Shown here piece by piece: positions 51,963-64,000 of a DNA stretch of 64,000 nucleotides. This stretch comes from Eledone cirrhosa. Its lineage: Eukaryota. The notes under the pieces are model-generated. The model was not told where the DNA came from, did no database searches, and worked only from the letters and a program-made list of their open reading frames with translations. How positions within the stretch are numbered: the stretch's first letter is position 1; each line of letters opens with the position of its first letter. The translations under genes and the position numbers were made by a program. The stretch spans positions 162,812,001-162,876,000 of the forward strand of contig OZ024743.1 of NCBI GenBank assembly GCA_964016885.1. The letters are read 5' to 3'.

Positions 51963-53223
51963 TCTATATATATAAAACTGAGGATGTCTGTCTCTCTGTG
52001 TGTGTGTCTGTGAGTTTGAATCCCTAAAACTCTAGAAGTACCCAACCGATTTTCAAACTTTACATGTATATTACTTATGTTTGAGGGAGTGTTATGCACA
52101 TAAAAAAATTCAACTCTTTGATCCGCCTAGCCCACATTAGGCGAAAAACTGCGTTTTTTCAGCTTTTTAGGGTTTTTTTTAGGTGTTACGTCAGACTGAT
52201 TTCCTTGAAATTGTAACTATGTATTAGTCAGTTTCTTCTTCATACCGTGAGCAAAGAAAATCCAACTTTTTTATGGCCTAGGGCCCGCATTAGGTGAAAA
52301 ACTTCATTTAATCAGCTTTTGAGGCGTTACGTCTAGCCGATTTTCCCGAAATTTCAAGGCATATTATGCACATAAAAAAATTCATTTTCTTGATCCCCTA
52401 GGGCCCGCATTATGTGAAAACCTGCATTTTTCCTGCTTCGTCGAGGAAAATCTTAAAGATTATCCAGCCATCAGAGTATTCGGTTTATTTTCTTTATATA
52501 TTGTCCGGGCATGCAGTTTTTCCACGATTAGGTCTGTTGGCGGCCCGCGTTCCAAAATACCTTATCCCGTGCAACGCCGGGTACCACTGCTAGTATAACA
52601 TAAAAGAAAGATGTTTATTGGTCGGTTGGTTTAATCACACAAAAAATGCACACACACACAAATACATATACAACATCTAAAGCGGGAGAGGCAGAAAGAG
52701 AGAGATAGGTTGTTTTACAGAGAGAGATACAATTAAAATGTTAGATATTTAGAGAGAGAGAGAGAGTAACATCCCACGAAAGTCTAGAAACAGCTTAAGG
52801 AAGGTTTAACAATTGCATTAGCTTTTTATAAAGTCGTTTTAATGTCTTTGATATTACAGAACAAAGAAAAATTGATACTATTTGAAATTAATCTACCCTT
52901 CAGCTATTATCCATATACTACTTACAGACAGTACTAACGAAGCTAAACACTTCAGAAGCAATGTTATGCGGTATATTGCTGCATTTCAGATGATGTCCTT
53001 TGGAGCTGAAAAAGGTCATACTGACTATGGTTATTTCACAACATTTAAAATCCAAGGCCAATGCTACCATTTAATCGGCAGTTTTTTTTATGTCTCTCTC
53101 ACACACACTGACACACACATTCCGGTCTCACCTCATACTGTAAACCAGACAACACATCCAATACAGTCTTTTATCCATCTTCTCTCAGCTGTTCTTTCGG
53201 GCAAAGCCGGGTACCTCAGCTAG
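51963..53223 (+). mobile_element. Non-autonomous Helitron with two 3' terminators and a RepHel fragment
   Basis: A|TC 5' end; hairpin + CTAG at 52566-52593 and at ~53197-53223|T; ORF 52882-53223 has FQMMSFGA...TFKIQGQCYHLIGS. Confidence 0.85.
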
Positions 53224-53399
53224 TACCTTAATAAAATTATTAAAGTACCAGTGTTTGTTATTGTTCATTCACTACTGGCTGAGCTCTTGAACAAACTAAC
53301 CAATCTAATCAACAATACACATTTGACCAACTGACAATCAAATTCAAAATGCCACAACATATATGCTTTGTCCCTGACCCATCAGAAATATTTTGACAG

Positions 53400-53575
53400 A
53401 TGTCCACACTGTAAATGTGGTTGGTGTTAGGAAGGACATCCAGCCGTAGAAAACCTGCCAAACAGTCCTATATGAGCAAGACAACCAATCTTGCCTCAAG
53501 TGGGACAATTCCCGTCTAAACCCATGGTAGCGTGGAAGATAGACGTTAAACAATGATGATGATGATGATGATGAC
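53400..53575 (+). mobile_element. RTE 3' tail fragment
   Basis: Matches the subfamily A 3' UTR; (GAT)n tail. Confidence 0.8.
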
Positions 53576-53813
53576 TGAAACAATCCTCCTAAACATGTCC
53601 CTTCATGCTTCACCCTGAGCTCCAATTCCCCCAAGTGAGCACTCCTTTGCAAGGAGCAAATTTCAGGATGTTTTTTATAAACTCTGTTTACTAAATCTAA
53701 GGATTCACCATTGAAATATAGAAAGTGGAAGAATGCCCCCACCTCACCCACCCCTGCATTGACAACAGGTCCGTGAAGCAGTTTAATACAAATGCCTTTC
53801 TCCTTTCCATTAA

Positions 53814-55593
53814 TCTTTAGTGTGCTAGTAATTTTTTTGAATTCTTTCCCCTGGCACTGCATTATTTTTGGGGCAGCAAAAAATGTAAGCACTCTCTGTT
53901 TTTCAATTATTATGACTTTCTTTGTATTTTATGTACAGACTTGATTTTTTCTATGCTAATAAAGGGATGCATAAGCAATATTTTGACGTAGTGCATTATG
54001 TTTTGCATGTATCTTTTAACATTGCAAAACGAACAAAAAATCGCAAATGTGTGACTTACGTTTATTATTGTGTGTGGAGTTCCGGGTTGCAGTCTACTTT
54101 ATAATCCATCAGACTGTGCAAGAAGGCCTTCCAGAATTTAGGTACTTCTGATTGATGACGAACTGGAGTTCCTCCCTCTCCTGGGAGACACGACTGGTAA
54201 CCTTTCAGTAGAGAATACACAATTTTCGGTCCTAATTTTTCAACAACGATCCAGTGAGTTGATTTGGCTCTCCAAAATGACCAGGACATTGCAGAAACAT
54301 ACTTCAAAGAGATAGAAAAAAATTTTCTTACACCACTTGGTACACCATGTAATAGGTCATCTGTTTGTCTGCTCTGTCTACTCTCCCCATGTATTGAGAG
54401 TAGGACTGCACAGTACAAGATTTGTGCACAGTTCGGATATGGCCCTCATGTCGTTTTGAATGAATTGTTTTTTTGGATGATCTCAACAGAGTGGGCAGTT
54501 GTTAACAGGTTCACTTGCCTTCTATCACACCATGAAATGTACAAAGTCTGGCCATCTCTCTGTGTGATGGGGAGGATCGCCTGCTCGGAGCCTTACTGCC
54601 TTGATTTCACTAGACACACCCTGGCAGTTTACATGTAGTGTACCACATGCTCCTGTTCTATGTTCAGCCAAGGTGTGCAACAGTCCAGGTGACGAAAAGA
54701 AATTGTGCATGTAAATCACATGTCCCTTATATTTTTTCCAAGAGGGAGATTATCACTCTATGCACAACTCCAATTATCCTTGGTATCTGGCTTGTTTCTC
54801 GGCCTTAGGCTTTCAGACTTCACTTGGTTGGTTTTGCTGGTATGTACATCAGCAGGCTCGTCTTTCCTTTGGAATCATGCTTTCATCCACCGAAAGCTCC
54901 TTTCCAGGATAAAAATATTTTTGCCAGTAGCACAAGTTTTTCAAACATGCTCAGGGTGATTTCTTGGTTTCACTGTTGTATTTTCCGAAATATGCAAAAA
55001 GGATAATTTTTAAGGAATCTATCCCTAGCCATGATGTTACGGAAGCCTGCCATCCCAATCAAAAGAAAAATTGCTGCAAAAGCGTTCATCTCCTCTAAAG
55101 TAACCTCTCTCCACATCTTGATATACGAATGAGTACCAGCATGTGCACCTCTTTTCTTTCACCTGGCTGGCATATTTATTTGTTTCATTAACAAGTAATA
55201 AAATTATTTCATCTGTAAAAAACAGTAAAAACAGGATGCGCGAACCTACTCAGTACAAGGCTTTCCAGATCATCGCTGCCATCACTGTCACCACTGTTAT
55301 ACTCTACTACTTCACCATCAATATCAGCTTGCATAAATTCATCATCAGAACCCATAAAGATTTCTTCCACAAAATTTTCTCTCATAGTGGTCACTGTTTT
55401 CAAAAATCCAAACAAACTTCATCATCTACAACTGTTTACACACATGTTGAATGAAGAAATTTTTTTTTAAATACTGGAATAACCTTTGACATAGTATTTG
55501 TTGACAAACGGTTTCCAAGGTGACAAAATGCACCTGCAGTTACAAGGGGAGATTACTGTGTGGCAACTTTAGGCTCCCCTGGCATGCTAAAGG
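53814..55593 (-). mobile_element. piggyBac DNA transposon relic
   Basis: TTAA on both sides, imperfect TIRs (TCTTTAGTGTGC / GCATGCTAAAGG), acidic N-terminus, WREVTLEEM, MARDRF, DESMIP, NFFSSP..GACGT. Confidence 0.8.
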
Positions 55594-55597
55594 TTAA

Positions 55598-56400
55598 TAT
55601 CAATGGAAGGACTAGCACTTCAGATTTTCCTAGAGTGTTAGAATGTTTTGATCTACCTCTAAAAGGGCTCTAGACAAATGTTTCCCCTAATCACATAGGT
55701 ACAGTAAAATTTTTAATAGACATACTGTTAAGGTGTCTTACTCTACCACTAAAAGTACTGCACAAAACATAGCTAAGATCAATAATAGTAAGTTAGAACA
55801 AAATGAAAACTTGGGTGCACTTGAGCATGCACCCTCAAATAACATTACATCTCTAGATAGTAATAGTAGTAGACCTAATTTAATTCACCCAGACGCATGG
55901 TTTAACCACCCCAATGGAAGGAACTTTGAACCTGTACATACACTTAATATTAACTGCAACTGCAGAAGTCCAACAAACTGCCCTATGCAGAACAGATGTC
56001 TCCATAAGAACTTAATATATGAGTATAGGGTAAATACTAGTGACAGGAATTATAAGTATATAGGTTCAACATTGACTAGTTTTAAGAAGAGATGGTACAA
56101 CCATTGCCACTCCTTTAAGAGAATAGACAAGTGGGGGAACACGGCACTGTCTGAGTTTGTATGGATGCTTAAACTAGATGGAATACAGCATTCTTTGTTA
56201 TGGTCAACAATTAAAACTGCACACTCATGAGGAAGGATCCTCTATGGGTGGCTGTGACTAGTGCACTAAGGAGGCTGTGAAAATTAAGAGGGTCCCTCAT
56301 AATAAATAAACACTGATTTTTTTAAAACGTGTAGACACAGAATAGCTAAAACCTTAATTAGATGCTTTAGTTTATAAATTGTAGCCTTTACTCTTAGACC
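55598..56400 (+). mobile_element. Penelope-like (Naiad-type) fragment, decayed; likely continues left of the piggyBac (~53600-53813)
   Basis: RYSKIFNRHTVKVSYS, CNCRSPTNCPMQNRC, LIY..YIG GIY-YIG. Confidence 0.8.
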
Positions 56401-56596
56401 CCCTCCCTCATCAATGTGTAAGCAACCGAAATACTAAATTACTTTACAAAAAGTATGTTGATATATTAGTGCACTAATTTATCTATTCATTAGAAATCTG
56501 GGCCCTCCACTTCCCTTGGATAGTTCCTCCAGCTCTTCATAAATTCTCGATCTCCACATTTTATCTATCTACCTCCATGTATGTGTGAAGAGGTAT

Positions 56597-59257
56597 TAGG
56601 ATGTTTCATGTTTATAGAGAAACATTTTTTTGTTGGAATCATCTCAGGTTGATTGCACCATGAATCCATTAAAAGCTACACAGACGAAAATACAAGGAGA
56701 AACAGATATTTTCTGTTTTTTCCCATTTGGTAGCTGTTGCATATGTCAAGTTTGGGAAGATGGGTGGTCCGCATTTGATTTGCCAAATTTGGAGGGTGTA
56801 TACTGATTGGTTTGGCAGGAGTCATGAGTACAGGTTGGCATTCAATTTAGGATGTTTACTGAGTGTTTGTGGACTAATTAGAGCAATAACAGTTTTATTT
56901 ACATATATATTTAGAGGTTGCACAGTTTGGTGCTTTTTGAATGCTATGCAAATGAAAAAAAATTACTTCAAATTTGTTGATTGTAGCCAGATTGCATTTT
57001 TTGTCTGTTTTCCTCTGTGTACATGCAGGAGATGTTTCTACTGTTTGTAGGACCCTAAATGAAAAAGAAATGGACTATAAACTTAAACTAAGTATATAGA
57101 AATAATTTTGCATCAGTGATTTGTTTTCATTGTTTGTACAAAGAATTATTTGGTATCAAGTTGATGTGTTGATCTTTTCGATATTTGTTTTGATAATTCA
57201 ACAAGATAATGAGTTAACAATAAGGTTCTAATGCAAGGTTCATTTCATTGTTGGTTCAGTGCTAGTTTTATTAGCGAGTAGGAAACACGTTGGTTTTCAT
57301 CAAGTTTCATCAGATGTTTTAAAGTTAGGAAATAATTTTCTTCGTTTTGTTTTTCATAGCCTGAATTGGTTCCAAAGGCTCGTTAAAATAAAATTGATTG
57401 ATTGATTTTGTTTTTCATCTTTCACATTGAATAAGAAAATGGAAACCAGAAAGGCCATTTGGCTGCTTGAGAAAAACCCTGAGGGGAGTTACCTCAGACT
57501 TAACTCCCCTCCAAACAAGTGCTCTCGTTTTTTCTCCACTATCATGTCAAACTTAGGGAGACAATTTCAGTTGCTATAAAAAAACATTAGCCAGAAGATC
57601 CAAGAAATGTGGGGGAAAGCAAATATCCCTACCTAAACAGAAAAACAAAACATCTGTACTTCAATTGAGAAATTGTTTAAGTATGAAGGACTGAAAAAAG
57701 AAAAATCAAGGTTGACTGACAAAGGAATTGCAAAGCATGAAATTTAGAAAGGTGATCTTGAGGAAATTTTTGACATTGTAAGCCAGGACATTCTTGAATG
57801 AAAGGATGTCCCATCTGAAGACAAGACCTTCCTTGAGACACAGCGGGAAGATTGGATGTCTTCATTCCTGGCTGGTGTTGATGTGGAATATGAAAGTAAG
57901 AAAAAGAAAGCAGGATGAAGAAGTCAAGAAGATGTTTGAGAAAATAGCTCTTGAAAGTTTGTCATCCAACTCGGCTATTGATAAGTCAGCACCACTCTGA
58001 AAATCACTGCAAAAAAGCTGACTCTCAACGCCCCTCTTGGTGCCATGTGGGAATGGGAGAAACTATCAGTATGATAAGTACTTCTCACATCGCCATTGCA
58101 AACAGTCTTGGTCATGATGTGTCTGAACTTGATTACCCCCTCAACTGTTTATTAAGCAAGAGAAGATGGCTCAAGAAATTAAGATCAGATTGCAGATTTA
58201 GTTACAGGAAAAGGAAAGGGGGAGCTCTTAGCTGTTCCAATTGCAAGAGATGGAACTGAACAAGAAGTTGCAGAAGTCATTTTGAAAGAAATTCAATGAT
58301 TCAAAATTGAGGATAGAATAATTAGTGTCCTTCAACACCACTGCCAATAACATTAGCATGCACCAAGGAACCAATACGAAAATTGAAGCAGGTCTGAAAA
58401 GATACCTCTTGCCACCACCACATTCTTCAACTAGTTTTGAAGAAAGTTTTCAAAATCTTTTTCATATCATCTGGTCCCAGAATCAAAATCTGTTCAAAAA
58501 GTTCCAGGAATGTTATGACTATCAATAAGTCTCATTATCAAACTATTTTGGACAGTGATGAGCATATGGAAGATTTTTACAAGCAAAAAATGGAGATGGT
58601 TGAATATCTATTAACTGTACTGCTTTCTGGAGATCATCCCCAAGAAGACTATGCCAGAAAAGAAGAAAAGATGTTCCAAAATCTAACAAAAAAGGGAAAA
58701 AAAGGAATGGCTTTCAGCAACAAAGAACTGGGTGACTTTGTTACAGAGAAAAATAACTTTTCCCATCTGCTTGACATTGTCTAAAACAATTTGGATTTTT
58801 TCACTGACGACAATATCAAAGCATCTGTTGATGCTACGAAAGTTGTGAATGACATTGCTGAGTGAAGTATTTGTTTGATAAAGAGGTTTAATGGTTTTAC
58901 AAAGGATAAAAATCAGAAATAGTTCCTCCTAAAAATTGTTGCTTAGCAAAGGAAACTAGTCTCCCAGAAGACAAAGGGGGCCGTTTCTGGAAATAAATTT
59001 CATTCATAAATCATTTTTTCAATTTAATCCCAATATTATTGTGTTTTTAGAACATATTCCTCCTGTTTTATTTTCATTTTATTTCGTTCTGTTGATTGAA
59101 TTCAGTAAAGTGAACAGACAGGACAATATACCACAGTCCAGGTCCAAAGGATTGTCGTAAATAAAAAGATGTGAAGGTGTACAACCTCTAAATATTATAA
59201 ACAATGGCATAATTGACACAAGATAATTAAGGATAGTTTGCAAAATGAAACACCCTA
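56597..59257 (+). mobile_element. hAT-superfamily (hATm-like) DNA transposon relic
   Basis: TIRs TAGGATGTTTCAT / ATGAAACACCCTA; transposase remnants QVLSFFLHYH, WGKANIP, FNTTANN, CHHHILQL, VVNDIAE. Confidence 0.65.
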
Positions 59258-60303
59258 ATGGGCATGTAAGAGTTGCATGTCAGTCAGCTTGTGTGCACCT
59301 ACCGGTAGTCTATAGTTCACATCAACCTCCTCATACTACTGTCATTGGACTGTATAAAAGTACATTATTGCGTTGATGCAAAACCACTATCTGATTTGCA
59401 CATATGCATTTAGCAACACACTCACACTCTTTAGCCCAAATGCACCCCCTCTTCCCTCAATATATCAGAATAGATAGGGATGCTGTTCCACAGACTAATC
59501 GGCATTAGCCTGGCAGTCGGGGTAAATGACCTTAACCACCCACTGGAACTAACCGATAAATACATTAAATAGATTAATCAATGCTTTTATAATTATTTTG
59601 GAACCAGAGTGGTTGACCAAAGACTGAATTGCCTGAAACCTTTAGGGAACTGACTCTCTTGTACCAACTATTACTACCGCCTTTATAAATCCCTCTCCCA
59701 TATCCACTAGAATTGGCACGGATATATGCTTGCCGAACCTCAAGATGTAAACACATCCTCCATGGCAGAATATCAACAAAAACAAACTTTATCTTTATTT
59801 ATATTTACATTTGAACTGCATGTCTGATGAAAATGTATGGAATAATCATTGAATAACGACCTTTCTGTACTTTCAAAATGTGCATAACAGGATGACGTTA
59901 TGGAATAAAACACTGTTGAATATGTGATACCATTTCTTTTCCTTTTGTAAATATTGATACTCCTTCTGACACCATACACGTAATACCGTATGACTTCTGC
60001 CTGATAACCACATTGTTGGTCGATTGATTGGTCAGTCAACACTGATTATCATAATATAAATACATGTATATAGTTTATATGAAGCATTGTGAGATATGCA
60101 ATTAAGACAATTTGGAATGAAGAAAAATACGTTCTAACGTTGAAAAATGAAATATAGAGGAAAACAATTTTGTTTTGTCATTTTTATTTTACTGCACTGT
60201 AATTCCACTATTATATTTTTTAATATAATACACACACGCACACATACATACATATATAAGCATGGAAGAATGGGCATAAAATGGTGACAATGATATATAT
60301 ATA

Positions 60304-60688
60304 TCATCATCATCATTTTAGGTCCGCTTTTCCCTGCTTGCAAGGGTGGGACAGGAACTGATTCTGGCTTGATTTCTACAGCTGGATGCCCTTCCTAACA
60401 CCAACCTCATTTACAGTGAGTGCTGGGTGCTTTTTTTTCCGTGGCGCCTACACGTCCACTTTACAGTGTGGGCTGGGTGCTTTTTTGCCATAGCACCTCC
60501 ACGACCACTTTGCAGTGGAATGACAGGGACCCCAGTCCCATCATCTCACTTCTACAGCTGAGTAAACTGGAGCAATGGGAAATAAAGTGTTTTGCTCAAG
60601 GAAACAACACATCACCTGGTCTGAGAATTGAACTCACAACCTTTCGATTGCAAGGCCAATGCTCTCACCACTAAGCCATGTGCCTCCA
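60304..60688 (-). mobile_element. tRNA-derived SINE with RTE-type tail, full length
   Basis: A/B boxes, core, RTE 3' UTR-like body, (CAT)n tail; copy of 1342-1676. Confidence 0.88.
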
Positions 60689-61067
60689 TATATATATAGG
60701 AAAATAGTCAGGACCCTGATGGCTGAGCTCCAGCTGTTTCGACAGCTAGATCCGTGATATATGTATATATATATATATATATATTGTATTTATTCTTGTG
60801 AATTGTGTATGTACATACATATTACTCTTGTTGCAAAATTAACAAATTCTTATGATTATGTCAATTCAATATTTTACTATTGTAACATTAATAATTTTAT
60901 TATTTTCCCTGTTATTAGATCCCTTCTGCCAGATGTCAGAAACCCACAGTCAAGTATGGTAACTATTTTACTTTGCTCCTATTAAAAGAAAATGGAAATA
61001 GGATATCTTTGAAAAATTATTGATTCTATTTCTCTGATGGAAACCAATCATGACCTTACAAGCTTTA

Positions 61068-61410
61068 CATCATCATCACTGTTTAACATCCATTTTCCAT
61101 GCTTGCATGGGTTAGACAACTGTCGCATGCTAAGGCCAGACCAGTCAGGTGACTAGGTCCTGCTAGTATGCTTTATTTTGGCTTGGTTTTCAAGGCTCAA
61201 TGTCCTTCCTAACACCAACCACTTTACAGGGTGTACTGGGTGCTTTTCATTGTGGTACCAGCATTACCACTTTACAGAGTGGAGTGGGTGCTTTTGGCAT
61301 GGCACAAGCATTACCACTCTACAGGGTGGATTGGGTGCTTTTGGCATGGCACCAGCATTACCACTTTACAGGATAGACTGGGTGCTTTTGACATGGCACC
61401 AGCTTTACCT
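61068..61410 (-). mobile_element. RTE/SINE 3' region with ~41-bp tandem units
   Basis: (CAT)n tail; repeated TGGCACCAGCATTACCACTTTACAGGGTGGACTGGGTGCTTTT-like units. Confidence 0.7.
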
Positions 61411-61849
61411 CATTACAGCACTAAGGTGTTCAGTGTCCTTGGTCTTGCAAAAGAGTCCCATCTAGCTAAAGATTCATACTACACTTCACTAACTACCACC
61501 CAAATATAGGAGTGATCATCCATCTCCCATAATCCTTACTTTCAATAGAATTACTGGTATTATTTTATTGACTTAGTGATGGATAATATTTGAACTCAGA
61601 ACTAGAAGAGCATAAGTGTATCATCTTCTATGGGTGAAATAATAACAATAAACAAAAGAAAAGGGTTCAGAGAACTCTTGAGCACTGTCAAAAACATGAC
61701 AACCTATCTAGTGCTAAAGCCATGATAAATGCACTCAATATAAGTGAAATGCATAACCCCAACCTGTATGAGCACTCAATAGAGTACAGGAACATATGTA
61801 AGCAAGATGGAGAGAGGGACAGACTCAGCACCTTAGTTTGAGTGGTGAT

Positions 61850-64000
61850 TCTGCCATGCCCTGGAGAGAGAAAGGTGAAAGCATTGCCATAGAGAATGGT
61901 TAGTGACAACCCGCTGCTGCCTTTCTGATTTTATGGAAGAAATTAGCAGTGCAGCGACCAAGGACACCAGAAGTCTCAACAACGAATGGTATGGAAAGGA
62001 AGCAGTTTGAAAAGCCCCAGTATTTGTTTATCTTCATCTCCCCTGCAATGTGGGTGGTGGTGCCCAGGTTTGCAGCCAAAGCAACAAGGTTGGGTCACAA
62101 CACATTGAATCCCAGATTAGAGATTTAACACTCTCGAATGAGAAGAAGGTTATTCCATTGGAGTGCTTATTGCCACGGTCGAGATCAGCTGGCTCCAGTT
62201 GTGACGGCAAGCTGGTTGCATCAAGGCTCCTCTTGATGTTGTCATTCAGTGTGGTGTGTCAGGAGAATTAGCTTGCACTAAATTAGCGTAATAGCATGTG
62301 CAAGCCAAACTTGTCAACAATAGCCTCAGCCTCTGTGTGTGCAAGCCACACAAATGCCACTGAGGCACTGGGCTACTCCAATGTAAGAGCACTCATCATC
62401 AAAAAGTGTACCGGTTGATGAGGAGGGAACTGAATTGAGCTGCATGTCACTGTTTGGTTGTGAAGCAGAGCAGAGTCGGGCAAGACAGTGTTGATCCTAA
62501 GAAGACTCAATCCACCTGAAGGAAGACCTGCGTATGATGTCGTCCCAGTTATGTTGGACATGTGTATACTAAGGTACAGCAAGGCCTTCGTTGCTCCAAT
62601 CAGCCAGAGCTGACTCTAGTTCCCAGGTCACGTCACATTCTGCTGTCTTGCGGTAGACCTCATTGATGAGGGTCTGGCTGGAGAAAATTGAGGAGAGCTA
62701 GGCTAGGCTACCGGTGTCAGGTCTGAAGTAGCTCAGAGGCCAAAGCCACCATATTTCCCAGGCAGTTTTGCCTGTTACCATTTGGCACTGTCAAAGCTAA
62801 CATTGCTTATGAGTTCAGCACAGTGTTGGATGGTGGCATCGATTTCAGTGAGGTGATCTGTGGAAGAGTGACAAGGCACACCATGCAGCATGAAGAGGAG
62901 TTTAAGGAGGGTGAAGCAGTTGCTCATGAGGAAGAATGCCAAGTGTGCGTCAGTATGCCACAGTCTATCTTTCATCCTCGTCAGGTTTGCATGTTTTGTC
63001 TCCAGGCACTCTCATATGGCTTCCAGAAGGATTGGAGAGCCGAGCTCCAGTCAGGACAGGCTAGATGCTGAGTACATCATCTTGGAATTCAGCTACGTTG
63101 TAGCTCACATTTTCTACCTCAGGCAGGGTTGATCTCAAGTCCTAAGAGCTTTAGAGCTGGGATGATGTGCTGAAGGTCCTCAACTAAGCCACTCAGTGTC
63201 GTGTCATCCAGGTACCAGAATTGAAGGATGAGCGGACTGAATGGGCAATGTCATTGACTACCAGAGGAAAGAGGAGCAGGCCATCCTGCTGGACACCTGT
63301 GGCTGAAGTGACTTTGTTGTTAGCAGCCATGAGTGTCCCATAGGAGAGGTGTGCAGGGGGAAGTAGTGAGGGAGAAAGTCTAGTGCTGTTGAAGGTGTTT
63401 ACCATGTCCAACTTAATTAGGAGGCAGGGTGACAAAGGAAGCTTGTACTGTATGTAGTGACTAGCAACTGCCTTACATCCACCCTTAACTCCCACTCTGA
63501 GCTGGACAGGGCTTAGTACCTTCCTCAGGTCATCCCTGACTGATCTGCAGGTTATTGACCATAACTCGCTGAAAGACATTGCCCACAGCAAGTGGACAGA
63601 TGCTTCTGTCATTCTTCTTCAATGCAGTCTGATTGGCTGAGAAGGGGAGATCTCAGGCATGGCAGGAAAGGTTGGCACGGAGAAGACTGTTTCTCAGAGC
63701 ACTAATAGAGCAGAGCAGATGCGCTCCTGCCTCAGGGGAGTGTGGCGAGATTATATCTCTAAGGTGGCCGAGTTGCAGGCCATCTACTTTGCCATTACAG
63801 CTCCCTTGGAAGGATCTCAGGGCAGCTACCATGTTTTCACTGGATGCAGTCAAAGCCATGCCATTGTCCGAGATTTGGAAATCCCTGATATGAGCTGAGG
63901 AGGTCCAGATGTTTGAAATGGGGAGCGGCTAGGGCATCTGGTGAGGGCCAAAAAACAATGTCACTTGAGGCCAGCATGCGTACTGCAGTAGAAATATCAC
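61850..64000 (-). mobile_element. Decayed RLE-type non-LTR retrotransposon (CRE-like)
   Basis: QLRVGVKGGCKA, KLDMVNTFNS, GVQQ..LLFPL, LPSGGL, then RPD..WDVT..D-like RLE remnants and a GNAF C-terminus. Confidence 0.7.

Noticed and set aside
36782-56260. Selenoprotein-type Naiad (in-frame UGA plus SECIS)
   Set aside because: All Cys positions in the four CxCx5Cx5C linkers are TGT/TGC; the TGA at 56228 aligns to a non-Cys position in a decayed copy
59574-60042. Short minus-strand ORFs as a host gene
   Set aside because: No recognisable domain and no convincing splice sites
60712-60755. Hammerhead-like CGAAACAGCTG on the minus strand
   Set aside because: No upstream CUGAnGA and no NUH in register
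61220-61410. CRISPR-like array
   Set aside because: Head-to-tail tandem units with no unique spacers, eukaryotic context, no cas genes

Overview
Eukaryotic, AT-rich, almost wholly transposon-derived window with no clear multi-exon host gene. A mollusc, probably octopus, is inferred from the repeat inventory and was not checked by search. The first ~45 kb is a nested pile-up of retroelements in and around long (TA)n/(TATG)n tracts. It holds many RTE-clade LINEs of at least 3 subfamilies with (GAT)n tails, including one intact 1039-aa APE-RT copy at 39633-42752. These carry a PHD-type C4HC3 finger inside the RT domain. It also holds a decayed CsRn1-type Gypsy LTR element (3054-8427) and several Naiad-type Penelope-like elements (RT + CxCx5Cx5C linker + GIY-YIG). 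Two of these retain complete type I hammerhead ribozymes with long stem II insertions (22456-22579 minus, 43786-43863 plus). The last ~19 kb holds older relics: a CR1-like LINE, tRNA-derived SINEs, a double-ended Helitron with its empty paralogous site, piggyBac, a hATm-like transposon and a CRE-like RLE LINE. Two candidate in-phase host micro-exons also lie there. The Y/I/M/C/V-rich ORFs are microsatellite artefacts. Most element boundaries are approximate.
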